64,000 bases of DNA. It comes from Iphione sp. A-MEVVRFRX5 (lineage: Eukaryota). The position numbers were made by a program, and so were the translations under genes. The first letter of the stretch is position 1, and every line of letters begins with the position of its first letter. Under the pieces are notes generated by a model that worked only from the letters and a program-made list of their open reading frames with translations, made no database searches and was not told where the DNA came from. Positions 59,526 to 64,000 of the stretch are shown in pieces. The stretch is from contig OZ320319.1 of assembly GCA_976226885.1 (NCBI GenBank), forward strand, positions 53,568,001-53,632,000. Direction: 5' to 3'.

Positions 59526-60000
59526 ATGGTCTCTGAAGCAAACTATGTGGACAATGTCTGCAAAATTATGCAGGGCCAAGCGCCATCTCACCCTGGGGCA
59601 AGACTGCTTCTCTTCAAGGCTTTGGTTCTATCATGCATGAACAACCACACGGTAGCATTGCATGATCTGTCACTGGCATCTCTGGTCAGCCTTCAATTGC
59701 ACCTCAACAGATGTGCCCGAGCTGCAATCCAGTGTGGTCCCTTCCTCTCCACAAGACAACTGCAGACAAAGTATGGTCTAGGCAGAGTCTAGACAGTGAT
59801 TCGGTTAAAGTTCATGAAGGTAATCTATAGCCTGATGCACTTGGGTCTGCTACCGCAAACTAGCAGATCTGTGACCAGGAGAGGATGTGGTTGGCAGGCG
59901 GCAACACCAAAACCGCACTCCTCTGGCTTTGCTACCTATCTGAGGTACAGGGCAGTCAGGGCATAAGATGCTCTACTGGAGGACTTGAAGAGGCACCCAC
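59526..60000 (+). mobile_element. CR1/L2-like LINE ORF2 3' relic
   Basis: YVDNVCK...RLLLFKALVLS...LQLHLNRCARA...STRQLQTKYG matches the LINE RT C-terminal pattern. Confidence 0.65.
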
Positions 60001-60576
60001 ATGCTCACATGAGTGCTCACTTGGTGTCAGAGAATTAGGTCATACATTGCTGCGTCAGGACCACACCACTGGCAGAGAGATGGATCTGGCACTCATCACC
60101 CCACTTTTTCCACTTTTTCGTCACTCGTCTTCTCTCTGGCGTCCGCGCCCACCCTCCACTTAGGCCACCCCCCCAAATTTGACCAGCCAATTCCCCTCAC
60201 TCCTGTGTCTTGCACCCAACCCCGACCTAGCCCACTCCCTTTAATTCTCCCCCTGCATCCTGACAACCACACATAATAAATCACATAGGTGCCATTCCTA
60301 CTTACCTAGTATCATATGCCTTCCCCTTCCTCCTCTGTTAAAACATTCACGACTAATCTATGCTGTCTGACCACAATCACCCAACTTGCCTATATCTACT
60401 GTCATCTATTTTCTGCCACCCTTCTACCTTTACACGTCTTGTGTCTAAATACACACAGTGTCACAGTTAGTGCATTCCAGCCACAGGTGGCAAGCGGTCT
60501 GTACATGGCTATCCTCTATTTCAGTGACTCAAGTTGTGACCCCCCCCCCAACCCGCCAACCCTACATTTTCCTCTA

Positions 60577-61272
60577 CAGTATAACCCCACCACAATGGAC
60601 ATCCACGGGACTTGGGTCAAACTGTCCGTTGTCAGAGGTGTCCGCTGTGGCCGGGCAGCGGCAGAGGGATGGTGAAGAGTGAAGGACGGTAGAGTGAAGT
60701 GTAGGCAACTGCGGACTGAAGGGGGCCAATGGCAGAGTGAAGGACGGCAACTGCAGATTGAAGGGGGCCAACGGCAGAGTGAAGGACGGCAACTGTGGAC
60801 TGAAGGGCGGCAACTGCAGACTGAAGGGGTTTATGTATGCTTCATGGCCCTGGAGGTCAGAAGGACAGGTTCACGCCTCTCCCAGAGGTGAGACGCCATC
60901 AAAGAGAGGTTCCTCCAGGGTGTCAGGACAAGCTCGCACCTCTCTCAGGTGAAAGAGTTGATCAAAGGAGTGGGCGACAGGCCTTCTCCAGGGTGTCAGG
61001 ACAAGCTCACACCTCTCTCAGGTGAGAGAGTCCATCAAAGGAGTGGGCGACAGGCCTTCTCCAGGGTGGGTGTCCACTGTAAACCTTCTAAAATCAGTGT
61101 TTGGGACTGTCCACAGACTGTCCAAAGGCAGGTGTCCGCTGTCCATGAGTGTCTGCTGTGTCTGGGCAACAATAAACATGATATACAGGGGTTTTGGTTG
61201 GGACTATCCTGAAGGCGTCCGTTGTAGGGGGCGTCCGCTGTGGCCGGGCGTCCGTAATCAGGGGTTATCCTG
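60577..61272. mobile_element. Tc1/mariner-type MITE carrying two internal tandem arrays
   Basis: TA-CAGTATAACCCC...GGGGTTATCCTG-TA. 21-nt units at about 60680-60830 and 73-nt units (tccaggg at 60914, 60987, 61060). Confidence 0.8.
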
Positions 61273-63329
61273 TATTTCACTTGCACTCGCCATTATCAAA
61301 AGCTTTGTATCCAGCCAACACCTGCTGTGTGTGATGTGGTATGATCTGTCTAAACTGTATGTAGCCCTTGCTGTTGGTAGGATACTCTGCACACCATATT
61401 GTGAATAAGTTGATCTATGTGTAACATGATCCATATAATTGTGTAAAGCTTGGATTCTTTGGTAAAATACTCTGTAGACCTTACTGTTAACGGTAGGTCA
61501 GTAACGCTGTAATGCTAATGTAATGTTTGCTCGTAAGTGGTGATGACATGTATAGTAGCTCTGCTGGCCCGGCAAGCTGTTACTCAACTGCCTGAACATA
61601 TCATCTTATCCACAGTGCAATGCTTAGCCAAGATTATAAAGAATGCTGCATGCTTAAATGTGCCACCAGAGACAATGATTAAAGGTCAACTTCTATACTG
61701 GCATAGAGACTGCATTTACCCACTGCAAGTTAAAGGTTCATTGTGCAATTACATTTTCACTCCAGCTGGCCCGTTGGTGAGATCTCGTTGAACATTTGCA
61801 TGGGCTGTTGGATTATGTCTCCTGGTATGATACCTTGCAAGCCTTGATTTGACTGTTGCCAGTGTGCAGCCTCTGATCAACCAGAAAACGATATTGTTTA
61901 CATTCTCTTCTTAAGGAGTATATATTAATGCTGATGGCTTTAGAGAAGCCCTGCTGCCTGTATATCACATCATATCTAATAGTAATTGTTTTCCACTTTG
62001 TAATCTTAAGCCACTTTTTTCTCATGTATTAACCAAGGATAACTTTACTCTGTCTGAGATTGGTTAATAAAAGCAAATTCGAATTCAAACACTTTCGAGC
62101 AAGCTTAGTTTGGTTGCATGACTTGTAAAGTGCATTTCTGCATGCCTGGTTGCCTTGTTGGGTATCACACGAAAGAAAACTGTTTGGTGGCTATGGTGAG
62201 GAATAATGACTGGAAATAAATAAAGCAAGTATTACTTGCCATGAATCTACTGTATGACTCCAAACTGTCTTCTTTTCATACTCCCTCCTCCTATAGGAAA
62301 GGTGTACGTACACCTACTTATGTAATGAAACGCAGAATGACACATATGTAACAATGTTTAAACTATACACACGGTTTCCTGTTTCCTAAAGTTTCCATCT
62401 AGACATTAACGAATAGAGGATACAACAAAATATAACAAAAATAAATTCTTATTCATAAGAAATCATTTCATTATCATCATTTTAAATATTACCATACATG
62501 AGTGTCTGCACCGAGTCCAGCATACATACTAACCACAAACATGAAAAGATGCTATCTCTAAGGACTGTATATGTCATAATAGCACAGCCCTGGTACACAC
62601 GCTATATTCCAGATGCCATCTCGATAGGTTTAATAATGGGTATAGATGTATGTAGTTTAACATTTTAGAAAGAAAAGATGTGACAATACCATATTTATTG
62701 TAAATACAACAGCACTGTATGTTAATCTTATCATTCTTTTTTTGGTGTCTGAAAATCTGATAGACACTTTGCTTATATGACAGATGGTACTGGGGAAACT
62801 GATGTATGTTATATGTTAGGTAGCTTCCTGAATATAACATTAATATATTGCCATATATAACTTTAAATTTAGTTAACCATTAAAATTTACTAGCATGACA
62901 CAAAATGTACTTCTATTAGTTTGATCATATATACATTGAAATACATGATATCGTCTGTTTCAACACAGAGTGGATATATCAGTTTCATAGTGAGGTCATA
63001 CACCCATGCATGTAAAATTACATGCTGTTAGGCCTTATTGTTACTGGAACTTAGTAAGAAAATAAGATAAAAATAAAGGATGACTCATGTCAAGCAAATC
63101 TACCATGCCATCTTCCGTCAGTGATAGAGTACATTACATACTGTACGTATGTTACATGTTTACATGAATTACATTGAAATACCGGATTTTTCTGATCTGT
63201 AAACAGTCCAACTGTCAATACGAACTGATAACAATCTCAGTGTCTCCTGTATGTCCACGGACACAGTTCAAAATGTGACCTCTCTGAATGGGCTGCAGTG
63301 TTTCCTCAGTTATTTTAGAAAGGCGACCA

Positions 63330-63965
63330 GTCTTGCCCCTTGGTGTTGGAGCAGGTATCCCACAAAGAATCTCATCATCACTTTGCCCTGGTTTATCACT
63401 GTATTTTAGCCATCTGAAGTGACGTTGGTTTGTTTTTTATCCTTTTTTCATGAATTTTACCAGATATAGATGATCATCTGTGTTTGTCTCTAAACGTGAT
63501 TCTGTATACCAGTTGCCGTCATAGGTTGCTGCAACCCATGAGCCATCTTCAATGACAGGCTGTACCAATTCTGCATCTCTGGTTTCTTCATCATGTTCTT
63601 CTACAGGGACATGCTTTTCTTCCAAACGGACGTCTTGAATGCTCCATCCATGGCATGCATGCATGATCCACTAGGTTTCCGAAAGCAGGATGTACTTCTA
63701 ACTGTTACTTGACCTTGTGGGTAGTAGAGAACAGCATGAATGTACAAGGTGCCTTTTATTGTCATCGTACACATAGCATTGATCTTTGTGGCAGATTCGT
63801 CAATTTCCGGGATGTTGCACAGGATGTGCTTCATGGACTGGTTAACCATAAATTCTGCTGCCCAATTGTAAAGGTCTTTGGCATTTTGGATCACTGCTTT
63901 TCCCTGTCTAACAGCATCAGTTGCCTGTCATTTGAGCACTCCACCCAACCCCCTTCCCATGCCCT
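63330..63965 (-). mobile_element. DNA-transposon transposase C-terminal relic (HGKG-motif family, possibly Chapaev/CMC-like)
   Basis: HGKG..., IQNAKDLYNWA, IKGTLYIHAV...VTVRSTSCF, GSWVAATYDGNWY...VKFM, ILCGIPAPTPRGKTGR across frameshifts. The superfamily is inferred from recalled motifs. Confidence 0.55.
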
Positions 63966-64000
63966 ACTTCATGGTAGGTCGGGATGCCTTTAGATCAAAC

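Noticed and set aside
1-64000. CRISPR array, rRNA or prokaryotic defence system
   Set aside because: The sequence is eukaryotic with spliceosomal introns. All tandem arrays lack unique spacers, and no rRNA-like sequence was seen.

Overview
Animal (metazoan) genomic DNA with spliceosomal introns; the lineage cannot be fixed from sequence alone. Host genes: RCCD1-like gene on the minus strand (3 coding exons found; the rest are probably beyond the left edge), lying head-to-head with a complete 9-exon PSMD4/Rpn10 gene (406 aa; start codons 248 nt apart). There is also a probable first exon of a secreted-protein gene behind a TATA/Inr promoter at about 51.8-52.0 kb. Most other sequence is transposon-derived. 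At 1-16 kb is a nest containing a Gypsy LTR element (tRNA-Leu PBS, three perfect heat-shock elements) and a 679-bp element, both inserted in a DIRS recombinase relic, plus a PAT/Ngaro-like tyrosine-recombinase (YR) retrotransposon inserted precisely into the RT of a relative. At 34.24-39.16 kb is an apparently intact DIRS1-type element with ITRs, an ICR and three open ORFs. LINE (RTE, CR1/L2), Penelope, MITE and DNA-transposon relics also occur. Two observations stand out. First, the PAT/Ngaro-like elements carry a short 5'-proximal hairpin-plus-splint complementary to their own circle junction (a 'mini-ICR'), and the inner one has no visible terminal repeats. Second, both YR retrotransposon types have a phase-1 G|GTAAG donor in gag and a phase-1 acceptor at the start of the recombinase ORF, predicting a spliced in-frame Gag-N/YR fusion. 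All alignments and coordinates were read by eye and need computational confirmation.
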